A DNA stretch of 45,182 nucleotides from Archangium gephyra (GTDB lineage Bacteria; Armatimonadota; Fimbriimonadia; Fimbriimonadales; Fimbriimonadaceae), in assembly GCA_943371495.1 (NCBI GenBank), contig CALRVA020000001.1, positions 1 to 45,182 on the forward strand. Reading direction: 5' to 3'. The position numbers and the translations under genes are program-made. Below, piece after piece: positions 1 through 10,868 of this stretch. Within the stretch, counting starts at the first letter, position 1. Each line of letters starts with the position of its first letter. The notes under the pieces are model-generated. The model had not been told where the DNA came from and ran no database searches. It saw nothing but the letters and a program-made list of their open reading frames with translations.

Positions 1-953
1 TGGCTCGCATTGGCATCGCTCGTACCGACGTTGGCGCCGCGCCGGCAGTGAATCCCGTCGTCAATCCGGTCACGGAAGCCTTGGCGCAAGTAACTGACAT
101 TGAGCCGGACTCTGAACTGGAAGCTGAGCCCGAAGTCGCCGAGATTGCCATCCCTGAGCCTCCGGTGGTGCCTGCGCCGCCGCAAGCGGAAGATGTTCCG
201 GCCGAAGTTGAGGAAGTTCCGCCGACGATGACGGCCGCCGAAGCCGAAGTGGCTTCGTTTGACAGCACCCCGGTCACTCCGGCCGCGGAGAAGACGGAAG
301 ATGGATTTACGCTCAGCGCCACCGAGGAAGCTCGTGCGGCCTGGCTGGAGTTCATGAGCGGCGAGAATCAGCCGACGGTGCAGCCGCGAAGTGACACCAC
401 GCCGATCATGATCGAGCAGATGCTGGACCGGATGAACCGAGAAATTGAGGTCGAGCGGGCCGCGGCGCAAGCTATCCCGTCGTCGGACTTCAAGGAAGAG
501 GATGACGATGGCCGCGCCAGCAGCGACGCGGGATTCTTGACCGAAGAGGAGGCTGAAGAAAGCCGTATCGCCCTGGAGCATGCCTCGGCCATCCAGCGCC
601 TGATGGGGCAGTCCTTGGTGCCGAAGCCCGAGATACTGGCCCGGTTTAGTCGCGATACGGCCACCCGCCTGCGCGCTTTGCCCGTGACGATTGAAGCGGG
701 CACCCTGCATGTGATGGGGGCGGGCGCACTCAGCGAAGAGTCCGTCCAGATGCTCTCCGATGAGTCTGGCTTACCGATTCAGTTGCACCTGGCGCCGGCG
801 GACCACCTGCAGCGAATGCTGGACAAGGCTTACCCGGACCCGGATCGCGACCTGGAGCAGCACACCAAGGTGGCTGAGCTGCGCCGCCAGCAAGAGATGG
901 ACGACAAGGGCTGGCTGAGCAAGCTGATGAACCGCGTCAATCGCGGCGCCTAA
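1..953 (+). CDS. 5'-truncated protein with acidic/Pro-rich linker and C-terminal GspE/PilB N-terminal-like (T2SSE_N) domain
   Basis: Frame is open from the window edge through the GTG at 48. C-terminus ILARFSRDTATRLRALPVTIEAGTLHVMGA...LSDESGLPIQLHLA...LQRMLDKAYP resembles T2SSE_N domains. Confidence 0.6.
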   Translation, partial: ARIGIARTDVGAAPAVNPVVNPVTEALAQVTDIEPDSELEAEPEVAEIAIPEPPVVPAPPQAEDVPAEVEEVPPTMTAAEAEVASFDSTPVTPAAEKTEDGFTLSATEEARAAWLEFMSGENQPTVQPRSDTTPIMIEQMLDRMNREIEVERAAAQAIPSSDFKEEDDDGRASSDAGFLTEEEAEESRIALEHASAIQRLMGQSLVPKPEILARFSRDTATRLRALPVTIEAGTLHVMGAGALSEESVQMLSDESGLPIQLHLAPADHLQRMLDKAYPDPDRDLEQHTKVAELRRQQEMDDKGWLSKLMNRVNRGA

Positions 954-973
954 TTCGCCTCACGCGATAAACG

Positions 974-1019
974 AAGAACCCTCTCCTTCACCTCAATCGA
1001 GGTTGGGGAGAGGGTTTTC
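974..1019. terminator. Likely bidirectional intrinsic terminator
   Basis: AGAACCCTCTCC...GGAGAGGGTTTT long inverted repeat between convergent genes. Confidence 0.75.
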
Positions 1020-1040
1020 TGGGCTTGGTCTTTAGCGAGG

Positions 1041-2882
1041 TTAGGGAAGGGGAAGGCCCATGGCTTCCAGCCACTCGCGGTTCTTGGCTACGCGCTCTTT
1101 CACATCCGGGCTGAGGTTGAGGGGACGACCTCGCGCATCAATGATGATGCCGACCGTACCGCCTTCGAACTTCTGCGTGACGGCCTTGCCCTTGCCGTGA
1201 CCGATGTCCAAGCCGCGGGCCGGGGTGACGGTGAGTTCACGGAACTCGCCTCGACCGGCCGGAATGACCTTGATCTCGCCGACCTTCACCGATTCGTTCA
1301 CGCCATCGCCAGAAACCGTAATGGCGACTTCACCCGGCTTGGCTTGGCCCACCGGCGAAATGCAGTGACCGCACTTGACGATACAGTCGTACTCAAACAC
1401 TTGGCGAGCCGCCTCAAAGAAGTGTTCGCTCAGCACGCCCAGGTGCGGCATCATAAAGATGCTGTCCACGGTGAGCATCGTAATGCCTTCCGGTTCGTAA
1501 GCGTCCATCATCATGAGCGCAGATTGGGCACGCTTGGGCGCGTGGCTCAGCACCCCGCCGGACCCGATGATCATGTCCAGGTCCATCATCTTGATGAGGG
1601 TTTCGCCGCCACCAGCTTGCTCAAAGATTTGGCCGACGTCGCGCTGCTGTTGCGTTCCCTTGAGGCTACGGGCCAGCGATTTGTGGTGATAGAACGCGAG
1701 GCGTAAGGCTTCGCGGCTCACCGCTTGCTCAATCAGCAGGTCTTCGTAGGTCTGCGGGATCGTGGTCGGGCGGATCATCTTGTTGCGCAGTCGGTTGCGC
1801 ATTTCGAACGGATCCATCTCGAACGGGAGCCAGCGCCCGATGTTGTCGGTGCCCGATTCCTTGAGCACGTTACAAATCGAGTAGCTCATGCCCAAGTTGG
1901 CCGAAACCGTACGGTTATAGGTGCCGCCAAACACGGAGAACACGTCGGTGGTCGCCCCGCCGATGTCCACGCCCAGGATGTTGATGTTCTCCTGGTCGGC
2001 GTAGTTCTTCATCAGCTTGCCCACGGCGTTGGGGGTGGCCATCACCTCTTCGCTCGCCCAGTCCAGCAGCTTGTTGTAGCCGGGAGCCTGCTGCATCACG
2101 TGCTCAAGGAAGAGCTCGTGGATTTCATCGCGGGCTGGGTCAAGGTTTTCATTCTCCAGCGTCGGGCGGAGGTTGTCCACTTCCTTCAGCGAGACGCCAC
2201 CCCCGAGCACTTCCTTGACCGCGCTGCGGGCTTCCACGTTGCCGGCGAAGATCACCGGGAGCTTCATGTCGCCAAAGCGGGGCTTGGGGTCGGCACGGCG
2301 GATGACTTCGGCCATGTCGGCAAGGTGCGAGATGGTGCCCCCATCGGTGCCACCGGACATCAGGATGATGTCGGGGCGAAGTTGGCGGAGTCGCTCCACC
2401 TTCTCAAAGTCTTTGCGGCCGTCGTCCACGGCCAAGGTGTCCATCAGGATGGCGCCGGCGCCCAGAGCGGCGCGCTCTGCGCTTTCTGCGCTCATGGATT
2501 TCACAACCCCGGCCACCATCATCTGCAGACCGCCGCCCGCACTGGAGGTGGACACATAGAGGTCAGCCCCTTCAAACGGAGTGCTCCGGGTCATATCGCT
2601 TTGTCCGTCCTTGAGCAATCGCCACACGCGCCCGTCCTTAATCAGGCTGCGCCGGCCCACTTCGTAACCTTCGGGCATCACTTCGCCGGTGATTTCTTCC
2701 AGCTCGGTCATGGCGTTCAGTACGCCCACCGTCACGTCTTCAAAGGGCTTCTCCACCGTGGTGGGGGCCTCGCCTCGGGCTACCAAACGGTATTGGCCTT
2801 CAGCGTTACGTTCGATGAGGATGGCTTTGGTCGTTGTCGAGCCGCAGTCTGTCGCCACGATGCGCTCGATGTTTCCGGACAT
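1041..2882 (-). CDS. Glutamate mutase L (GlmL)-family actin-like ATPase / B12-enzyme reactivating factor
   Basis: ATDCGSTTTKA and GVDIGGATTDVFS phosphate motifs, SSAGGGLQM, IIGSGGVLSHAP, IIDARGRP. Start at 2882 chosen because CATAAT lies 7 nt upstream. Confidence 0.8.
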   Translation of the reverse strand: MSGNIERIVATDCGSTTTKAILIERNAEGQYRLVARGEAPTTVEKPFEDVTVGVLNAMTELEEITGEVMPEGYEVGRRSLIKDGRVWRLLKDGQSDMTRSTPFEGADLYVSTSSAGGGLQMMVAGVVKSMSAESAERAALGAGAILMDTLAVDDGRKDFEKVERLRQLRPDIILMSGGTDGGTISHLADMAEVIRRADPKPRFGDMKLPVIFAGNVEARSAVKEVLGGGVSLKEVDNLRPTLENENLDPARDEIHELFLEHVMQQAPGYNKLLDWASEEVMATPNAVGKLMKNYADQENINILGVDIGGATTDVFSVFGGTYNRTVSANLGMSYSICNVLKESGTDNIGRWLPFEMDPFEMRNRLRNKMIRPTTIPQTYEDLLIEQAVSREALRLAFYHHKSLARSLKGTQQQRDVGQIFEQAGGGETLIKMMDLDMIIGSGGVLSHAPKRAQSALMMMDAYEPEGITMLTVDSIFMMPHLGVLSEHFFEAARQVFEYDCIVKCGHCISPVGQAKPGEVAITVSGDGVNESVKVGEIKVIPAGRGEFRELTVTPARGLDIGHGKGKAVTQKFEGGTVGIIIDARGRPLNLSPDVKERVAKNREWLEAMGLPLP

Positions 2883-3087
2883 GTCTCGCATTATGAACGG
2901 TACGGGGCCTCTCCTGCCGCGCCTGAGGGCAAAGATTTGCGCGAACTCGTCGTTTGGTTGGCCGAACCTGAGGGGACGAACCTGGGTGGAGGGTTCCGTA
3001 ACGAATCCGATACGAGCCTAGAGGCTGGTTGGATATAATGCGGCACAAGCACGCGCAACGGTGGGTGTGCCACTTGGGTGATTCACA

Positions 3088-4224
<1,137 letters not shown>

Positions 4225-4249
4225 GTAGCCGCAGGAAAACGTACGAACT

Positions 4250-5680
4250 CTACTCGAGTTGTTGTTGGACTTGGTTTAACACGATTGCCAACTTTTCGTT
4301 GTCGATGATGAAGGCATCCAATAACCACTCAATGTTTTGGAGTGACTTGGAGAGTTCTGCGTTCACCAGACTTTCGCGTTTGTCCACCCCGATTAGTGCC
4401 GGTAGCGTCTCGAGAAGTTCTTTACTCTCGGTGAAGCTGCCGTAGAGTCTTTGAACGGCAGCCTTGAGTTCAGCCGGTTCGGGGAGGATATCGATCAGGC
4501 TGAGCAGAAGGGCTCCTCCTGCATTCAAGGTCTTGGCGCCGTCTTCGGAAGGGCGGTGCCACATCAAAAGACCAAATCGAAACACGGCTTCGGACTGGAA
4601 GTAGTTCATCCAATCCTTCCCCATGCCAATTTCAGATTCAGTCCTTACGTGCTGTACCGTAAGGAGATAGGACGCGATGTCGAGCACCCCATTGGGGTCG
4701 ACTTTCATCTGAACTTTGTAGGAACTCACCTTCAGCAAGAGGGTATCCAAAAGCGAAACCGGATCTCGGGGCTGCCAGCCGCTGAAGCTGGGGTCCTGCT
4801 TCTGGATTGCTTCCAGCACCACCTCGTATCGCGACATCGATTCGCGTGCACACTCAAAAAGGAGTGCGCTCGCTCGCGTATCGTAAACAACATCACCTAA
4901 GGCGTCTATCGTAGCTTCAAGACTCGGGAGAATCGTGTTCTCGATCACGCCCGGATCGAGCATAAAGGGGAACCGACCGTTGATTCCAATGGCTCTCAGC
5001 TCATCAAACTTTTCCTTAATCTCCTTGATTTGCAGAGCTTGCTTCAGGTCGTTCTCTTTCAGGTCATTCAAGGAATCCAGGTTTATGTCAAGGTGGATAT
5101 TCAGTAGCTCGAGAATCTCAAGGCGAATCGAATCATCCTTCTGCGATGCCAGAGAGGCTGTGAGTTCTGTCGAGCGGATGGTGACAAAGAAGACATGGAG
5201 TCTCCGCGCAAGAGTAAAGATCTTGTCAAGCGAACTTGTGATCTCCTCGTTGAGAATGGCGTAGTCGTCCCGCTTCTTTTGGGATTCTGCGAGTTTGTTC
5301 TGACTGATGACAAGCTCGTTCTGCCTTGAGGCCAGAGCGTTTTGTTGATGAGATGTGGTGAGCGCTTGGTTGGCGAGACGAATGACAACATAGGCCCCGG
5401 CGATGCCCGCGGCCACCCCGAAGGTGCCGGCGATGAAGTCGGCCATGGAACCCCAGTCCTCGGGCTTCTGAACGAGCTTTGAGAATGAGGCAATGTACAG
5501 CGTGAGGACAAGGAACAGCCCGACAATCAGCACCATGCGGACGAATTGCCACGCTTCACGCTGAGCTACCTTCTTGAAATCGCTGTGAGAGGGTGAAGAG
5601 ACTTCAACTCCTCCGTTCGCGGCAGGCCGGGCCGGCACGGTGGGTTTCGGATCCCCCATCTCTCTTTCTTGTTGACTCAT
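4250..5680 (-). CDS. Hypothetical protein with two N-terminal TM helices and a coiled coil; AT-richer insert
   Basis: 476-aa ORF with hydrophobic segments VLIVGLFLVLTLYI and FIAGTFGVAAGIAGAYVVI, followed by QN heptads; composition differs from flanks. Confidence 0.7.
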   Translation of the reverse strand: MSQQEREMGDPKPTVPARPAANGGVEVSSPSHSDFKKVAQREAWQFVRMVLIVGLFLVLTLYIASFSKLVQKPEDWGSMADFIAGTFGVAAGIAGAYVVIRLANQALTTSHQQNALASRQNELVISQNKLAESQKKRDDYAILNEEITSSLDKIFTLARRLHVFFVTIRSTELTASLASQKDDSIRLEILELLNIHLDINLDSLNDLKENDLKQALQIKEIKEKFDELRAIGINGRFPFMLDPGVIENTILPSLEATIDALGDVVYDTRASALLFECARESMSRYEVVLEAIQKQDPSFSGWQPRDPVSLLDTLLLKVSSYKVQMKVDPNGVLDIASYLLTVQHVRTESEIGMGKDWMNYFQSEAVFRFGLLMWHRPSEDGAKTLNAGGALLLSLIDILPEPAELKAAVQRLYGSFTESKELLETLPALIGVDKRESLVNAELSKSLQNIEWLLDAFIIDNEKLAIVLNQVQQQLE

Positions 5681-5728
5681 CAGGCTTCGGGCTCTTGGAT
5701 CGAGCTTACTGAGGTCGGCGCGGTGTCG

Positions 5729-7165
5729 TCAATGCTCTCGGGTCACCACAGCGAGGGGCTCGGTCATTTCCTCGTAGGCGAAGCGGACGCCTTCGCGGCC
5801 GAAGCCACTACGCTTGACGCCGCCGTAGGGCATGGCATCAAACCTCACCGTCGGCACGTCGTTGATCACCACGCCCCCGACCTCAAGGTCTTCGATGTAG
5901 AGTTCGGCACGGTCCTTTGAGGCGGTAAAGACCCCGGCCTGCAGCCCAAACCGCCCGCCATTGACTTGACCCATCGCTTCGGAATCATTTGCAAAGGTGC
6001 TCAGAGTGAGCACCGGGCCAAACACCTCGTCGCAGGCCAGGGTGTGCCCCACGGGGAGATCACAGATCAAGGTGGGTGACACGAGGTTGCCGGTGCGCTG
6101 GCCCCCGGCCAGAATCTTTGCCCCTCCTTCCACCGCCGATGCCAGGGCCGCCTCAATCCTGTCAGCCGCGGCGTCATTGATCACCGGCCCCACCACCGTG
6201 CTTTCAAGGGCCGGATCCCCACAACTAAGGTTCTCAATCATCGGCACCAGCCGAGCCACCACCTCATCCACCCGGGACTCATGCACGCGCAGGTGCTGCA
6301 CGCTGATGCAGATCTGCCCGGCGTAGGCGAATGCCCCGTTCAGCACCAGCGGCAGCGCATGGTCCAGGTCCGCATCCTGGCAGATAACGGCGCTCGCATC
6401 GCCACCGAGTTCAAGGGACACCTTTCGGTCCGGCACTAGCTCCTTCAGGCGCCAGCCCACGGCCTCGCTGCCCGTGAAGCTCACAAACTTCGCCCGCGGG
6501 TCGCGCACGGCCTTTTGGGCAATGGCATTGGGGCAGGCGATGGCATTCATCACCCCCGCCGGGCATCCGCATTCGTGGATTATGCGGGCCAAAGTAAGGG
6601 TGCACAGGGCGGCTGCTGTACTGGGCTTCAGCACCACCGGGCACCCCGCCAGCAGGGCGGGGGCGATCTTGTGGGCAGCCAGGTTGTACGGCCAATTCCA
6701 GGGCACAATCGCCAGCACCGGCCCCACCGGGCGGCGGCGCACTTCACCGTGATAGTTGGCCCCGCGCGGGTCGTAGCTCAGGTCAACGGTGTCGGGTTCC
6801 ATCGACCGGGCGAGGTCAGCGGCCAGCCCAAAAGTGAGGGCAGTTCGTTTCACTTCGGCGCGGGCGGCAGTGATGGGTTTGCCGACCTCCTGCACCAGGA
6901 GTTCGGCCAGTTCTTCCTCGCGCTCCGTCACTGCCTCGCCGATGCGCTGCAACAGCTCGCCGCGCTCGGCCAGCGGGGTTTTTCGATAGGAATCAAAAGC
7001 CTGCGCGGCACAGTCCAGGGCCGCATCCATCTCCGCCCAACCGCCTTCGGCAAACGTGCCGATGCGGCGGCCATCCCAGGGGCTCACCGCGATCTCCTTC
7101 CCAATGCCCTGGTCGCAGGGGCCGCCGAGGAAAACCCCGTTCAAAAGGAGCTCGCGGTGAATCAT
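5729..7165 (-). CDS. Aldehyde dehydrogenase family protein
   Basis: PWNWP, LKPS, SFTGS, LELGG, catalytic Cys in AGQICIS, EVFGP, PYGGVKRSGFGREG. Confidence 0.93.
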   Translation of the reverse strand: MIHRELLLNGVFLGGPCDQGIGKEIAVSPWDGRRIGTFAEGGWAEMDAALDCAAQAFDSYRKTPLAERGELLQRIGEAVTEREEELAELLVQEVGKPITAARAEVKRTALTFGLAADLARSMEPDTVDLSYDPRGANYHGEVRRRPVGPVLAIVPWNWPYNLAAHKIAPALLAGCPVVLKPSTAAALCTLTLARIIHECGCPAGVMNAIACPNAIAQKAVRDPRAKFVSFTGSEAVGWRLKELVPDRKVSLELGGDASAVICQDADLDHALPLVLNGAFAYAGQICISVQHLRVHESRVDEVVARLVPMIENLSCGDPALESTVVGPVINDAAADRIEAALASAVEGGAKILAGGQRTGNLVSPTLICDLPVGHTLACDEVFGPVLTLSTFANDSEAMGQVNGGRFGLQAGVFTASKDRAELYIEDLEVGGVVINDVPTVRFDAMPYGGVKRSGFGREGVRFAYEEMTEPLAVVTREH

Positions 7166-7204
7166 TTGTTCATTTCACCCGGTAGACGCGGTTACACTAA
7201 GGGT

Positions 7205-7909
7205 ATGGACCGTCGAATAATTTGCGCCCTAGATACAGGTGACTTGGATGAAGCCATTGCCTTGGTCCATCGCTTTGCGCCCTACGTGGGTGCGTTCAAG
7301 ATCGGCCACGGCCTGACAATGCCGAATGGCCTGCGTGTGGTGGACATTCTGCGCGAACACGGGGCCGAGCGAATCTTCCTCGATCTCAAGTTCCACGACA
7401 TTCCCAATTCGGTCGCACTGGCGGTGCGTGAAGCCGCCAAACACGGCGTGTGGATGCTGACGCTCCACCTCAGTGGTGGCCCCGCGATGATCTCGGCGGC
7501 GGTGGAAGAAGCCGCCATGTACCCTGAGGACCAGAGTCCACTCTTGGTCGGCGTCTCCGTTTTGACCTCGCTCGATGAGCCGACCCTCCAGGGCTTTATG
7601 GGGGTGAATCGCACCCTGCCCGAACAGATGGCGCACCTCTCCCAGCGCGGGGTGGAACTCGGCTTGGATGGCGTGGTGTGCTCCGCGCACGAACTCAAAG
7701 TGCTCCGCCCAATCGTGGGTCACAAGGTGCTGGTGACGCCAGGCATCCGGGGCAGTGTGGGCGACGTGCACGATCAAGTACGGGTTGGCGACGCGCAAAC
7801 GGCGCTGGCTGACACGGCGGACTATCTGGTGATTGGCCGGGCTTTGACATCGAAGACCGATCCGGTCGCCGCCCTCCAGCAACTCGGCCTCGATCCCGTC
7901 GGTGCATAA
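7205..7909 (+). CDS. pyrF: Orotidine-5'-phosphate decarboxylase
   Basis: IICALD, FLDLKFHDIPNSV, VLTS, TPGIR, VIGR motifs. True start is the ATG at 7205 within ORF 6515-7909. Confidence 0.95.
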   Translation: MDRRIICALDTGDLDEAIALVHRFAPYVGAFKIGHGLTMPNGLRVVDILREHGAERIFLDLKFHDIPNSVALAVREAAKHGVWMLTLHLSGGPAMISAAVEEAAMYPEDQSPLLVGVSVLTSLDEPTLQGFMGVNRTLPEQMAHLSQRGVELGLDGVVCSAHELKVLRPIVGHKVLVTPGIRGSVGDVHDQVRVGDAQTALADTADYLVIGRALTSKTDPVAALQQLGLDPVGA

Positions 7910-8879
7910 GGAACTCCTCGACTGGTATGACCAGCACAAGCGGGATTTGCCCTGGCGCGAATCCCGCGACCCTTACCGCGTGCTGGTAAGCGAACTGATG
8001 CTCCAGCAAACCGTAGTGGCCTCGGTGATTGAGCCGTACCGCCGCTGGATGGAGCGTTTTCCCACCATCGAAGCCCTCGGAGCCGCTGATCTGGACGATG
8101 TGCTCCACGCCTGGCAGGGGCTGGGGTATTACCGGCGGGCGCGTCTGCTCCAGCAGGCCGCGAAGGAGATTGCTCAGCACGGCTGGCCGCAAGATCGCAA
8201 GGGGATGCGGGCCGTCCCGGGCATTGGCCCCTACACGGCGGGGGCGGTGCTTTCCATCGCCTTTGATCTGCCTGAACCCCTGGTGGATGGCAATGTGGAG
8301 CGCGTTTATGCGCGGTTGATGGCCGAGCCCACCCCGCCCCCGGCTTTGACGAAGCGCGCGTGGGCGTGGGCCGAATCCACCGTCCCTGCCGATCGCCCGG
8401 GCGACTGGAACCAAGCCCTCATGGAGCTTGGGGCCACCGTGTGCCGCCCGCGCACGCCTCTTTGTCACGTCTGCCCGTGGCAACGCCTTTGCCAGGGCGC
8501 GCGGGGCGATGTGAGCCTCTATCCGGCCCCGAAGCCACGTCCGGAGATGCGCGAGATGGATCTGCCCCTGGCGGTTTGCGAACAAGTGGGCCGGTACGCC
8601 TTGGTGCGCTATCCCGAAGGGGGCTGGTGGGCAGGTCTCTACGGGTTTCCACCCGCTCCCGCGGAATCAGGCGAGGAGATGGGAAGGTTTCCGTTTGTGG
8701 TCACGCGCCATCGCTTGACGGTGCGAGTGCTACGAGTGTACGAACTGGATGGGGAAGTCGAGTGGTTCACTCCGGAGCAGTTTGCGGACCTTGCCTTACC
8801 GGCTCTCCAACGGCGGGCTTGGGATGTCGTCCGGGCGAGGCAGACGCAGCCAACCCTCACTGTCTCCCCACAGGAATAG
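7902..8879 (+). CDS. mutY: A/G-specific adenine glycosylase
   Basis: RDLPWR, VSELMLQQT, WQGLGYYRRAR, HhH GIGPYTAGAV, VDGNVERV, Fe-S motif CRPRTPLCHVCPWQRLC. Confidence 0.93.
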   Translation: MHKELLDWYDQHKRDLPWRESRDPYRVLVSELMLQQTVVASVIEPYRRWMERFPTIEALGAADLDDVLHAWQGLGYYRRARLLQQAAKEIAQHGWPQDRKGMRAVPGIGPYTAGAVLSIAFDLPEPLVDGNVERVYARLMAEPTPPPALTKRAWAWAESTVPADRPGDWNQALMELGATVCRPRTPLCHVCPWQRLCQGARGDVSLYPAPKPRPEMREMDLPLAVCEQVGRYALVRYPEGGWWAGLYGFPPAPAESGEEMGRFPFVVTRHRLTVRVLRVYELDGEVEWFTPEQFADLALPALQRRAWDVVRARQTQPTLTVSPQE

Positions 8880-9062
8880 CGCCAGCAGAGCCTGGAAAAC
8901 GATCGCGACCATGGCGATGAAGATAACGGCGTGCAAGATGCGCAACCCATAGCGGCGGGCAAACTGCTCCTGGCGGCGGAAGTGTTCGCGCGTGCGCGGG
9001 TTTAGATGGCTTGCGCGGCGCTGGAGCTTATGCACCCCGGGGCGGCGCATAAACCGCAACAT
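8796..9062 (-). CDS. Small hypothetical membrane protein
   Basis: Basic N-terminus and one TM segment (ILHAVIFIAMVAIVFQALLALFLW); lies downstream of the 9108-10829 gene; start uncertain. Confidence 0.5.
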   Translation of the reverse strand: MLRFMRRPGVHKLQRRASHLNPRTREHFRRQEQFARRYGLRILHAVIFIAMVAIVFQALLALFLWGDSEGWLRLPRPDDIPSPPLESR

Positions 9063-9107
9063 ATGCCACCACAAACAGCGACTGAGGGTGCGCGACCAGC
9101 CCAGCAC

Positions 9108-10829
9108 TTAACTTTCTACGTCTTCGGTGGGCGCAAGTCTTGCGGGGCGAACGAGGTGACCTTCTTGATCGAAGATGGCGACGAGGGCGGGCACCATCTC
9201 TTCCTTCTGTCTCCCGATTTTGAGAAGCAAGCGGAAGGGGCCGTGGCCAGCCAGGGCAATTTCACAGGGGTGATCGGGCGCGACATCCTGCCCCGCTTCG
9301 TCATTGAGCCAGCAACGGGCCGGAACGGGCGATTCGATGCGCAATCGGTATTGCCGTCCTGCGGGCATTGTCGCCTGGGAAAATACGTACATGACCCCCG
9401 GTGCCCCTCGGAATAGGGGCTCAAGATTGAGTTCGGGTCCGTCGGGCGAGAACGCCTGCCATGCAACGGGAAGCTCCGCGCGGCCCGTATCCTTGAGCAG
9501 AGGATCATAGGCTTTCTCAGGGGCGTAGGCTTGCGTCATTCCCGCGCCGTTCTGGTTGGGATAAGGGCCAATGACCGACCACGTGCCCGTGGCCAGCAGG
9601 GGCAAGCTGAGTCGCAAACCCTCCGTGCGGAGTTCGACTACTTGGTCGCTTTCTACACCCTTGGGGGCCTGGATTTTGGCCTTCGTGGTCCAGGAAGCGC
9701 CGGGGGCGACGACTTCCGATTTGGCATCGGAACTCACCTCAAGTCCGGCACCAACCACCCATTCGGGTGAGATCCGTATGGGCGTGGATTCTCGATTGAT
9801 GAGGGTGAGTTCGACCTCGGCGTGGCGACCTTCTTGGAAAATCGGACCCTGCGGATAGTGAACGTGAAGCTGGAAGGGGCCAACCTCCGCGTAGGCAGAG
9901 TGCTTCTGGAGGTCTAGGGCGCGGGCCTCGGGCAGGCCGCCGTCAAAGAGCTCCGCAAAGGCGGCCAGGGTGGACGGAGGATCAATATCTTGCAGAAACC
10001 CCGTGGCGACATAGGTTTGCCCCAGGGGTCCCGTCCATTCGGGTTCCAACGGACCGTAGAGACCGGCACCTAAGGCCGCGGCAATCGCAGCGGTGTCGCT
10101 CGCGGCGTGGCCCATGCTGGCCGCCAGAATCATGGCGCGCGACGCTTGCTCTTGGCATCCCGAGAGGGCGGCAAGAATGTGCAACAACGCGCGGCTGGCC
10201 GGACTGAATTCTTCTGGAATGAGGCTGGGAACGCTGGAAGGCTGGGAAATCCCTGCCCCGAGAACCTCCGGGACCTTGGCAAGAGCCGGGTGGCCCGGGG
10301 GAACGAACTTGGGGATGAGGCCGAGCAAGGCCCCCCAGCTGCTGTGCTCACTCGCGGCCGTGGCGGCCGCGGCGGCGACCCAGCCGGCCACCCAGAGGGC
10401 GTCTCCGGCGTGGTCCACGCTCATATCCGTGGCCGCCCAGACGCTGGCCAGCTCGGGCTTCCCGGCGCCGCGCATCCCCCAGAAGAGCGCACGGGCCAGG
10501 CCGGTAGCCCGGCCGCTGGCGGGGTTTCCAAATTGTCCACTGAGGGGCAAACCTAAGCCGGCGGCCAAGTTGGCGAGGGCATAGGCATCTCCGCGTTCGG
10601 CCGAGTTCCAGTGCGCACGGTAAGTGCCGCTGAGATTGGTGTGGGGGCGGGATTGCCGCAGGTGATAGGCCCACACCACGGCTAAATCTTGGTGGCCCGC
10701 CGGGGCCATGCGGAAGGGCACAGGTTCGTATCCCGTAAGCGGAACAAACTCCTGGCGCCGTACGTGCGGGGCTCCCATTGTGGCTCCCGCAAGGGAAGCC
10801 ATGACCATGGCCACACGACGTTCGCTCAT
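9108..10829 (-). CDS. ADP-ribosylglycohydrolase-like protein with C-terminal Ig-like/beta-sandwich domains
   Basis: SLAGATMGAP, DMSVDHAGD and GHAASDTAAIAAALGAG resemble the ARH fold; WSVIGPYPN-type C-terminal domain. Confidence 0.6.
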   Translation of the reverse strand: MSERRVAMVMASLAGATMGAPHVRRQEFVPLTGYEPVPFRMAPAGHQDLAVVWAYHLRQSRPHTNLSGTYRAHWNSAERGDAYALANLAAGLGLPLSGQFGNPASGRATGLARALFWGMRGAGKPELASVWAATDMSVDHAGDALWVAGWVAAAAATAASEHSSWGALLGLIPKFVPPGHPALAKVPEVLGAGISQPSSVPSLIPEEFSPASRALLHILAALSGCQEQASRAMILAASMGHAASDTAAIAAALGAGLYGPLEPEWTGPLGQTYVATGFLQDIDPPSTLAAFAELFDGGLPEARALDLQKHSAYAEVGPFQLHVHYPQGPIFQEGRHAEVELTLINRESTPIRISPEWVVGAGLEVSSDAKSEVVAPGASWTTKAKIQAPKGVESDQVVELRTEGLRLSLPLLATGTWSVIGPYPNQNGAGMTQAYAPEKAYDPLLKDTGRAELPVAWQAFSPDGPELNLEPLFRGAPGVMYVFSQATMPAGRQYRLRIESPVPARCWLNDEAGQDVAPDHPCEIALAGHGPFRLLLKIGRQKEEMVPALVAIFDQEGHLVRPARLAPTEDVES

Positions 10830-10868
10830 CAGCGGGTCGGGTTTACCTGAAACGGCACTGGTACTCTA

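Noticed and set aside
1725-3038. 437-aa plus-strand ORF, and 1197-1706, opposite the GlmL-like gene
   Set aside because: Antisense shadow of a GC-rich gene; no recognisable motifs.
6515-7204. Long N-terminal extension of the pyrF ORF
   Set aside because: Antisense to the aldehyde dehydrogenase; PyrF homology starts at ATG 7205, which has a -10-like hexamer.
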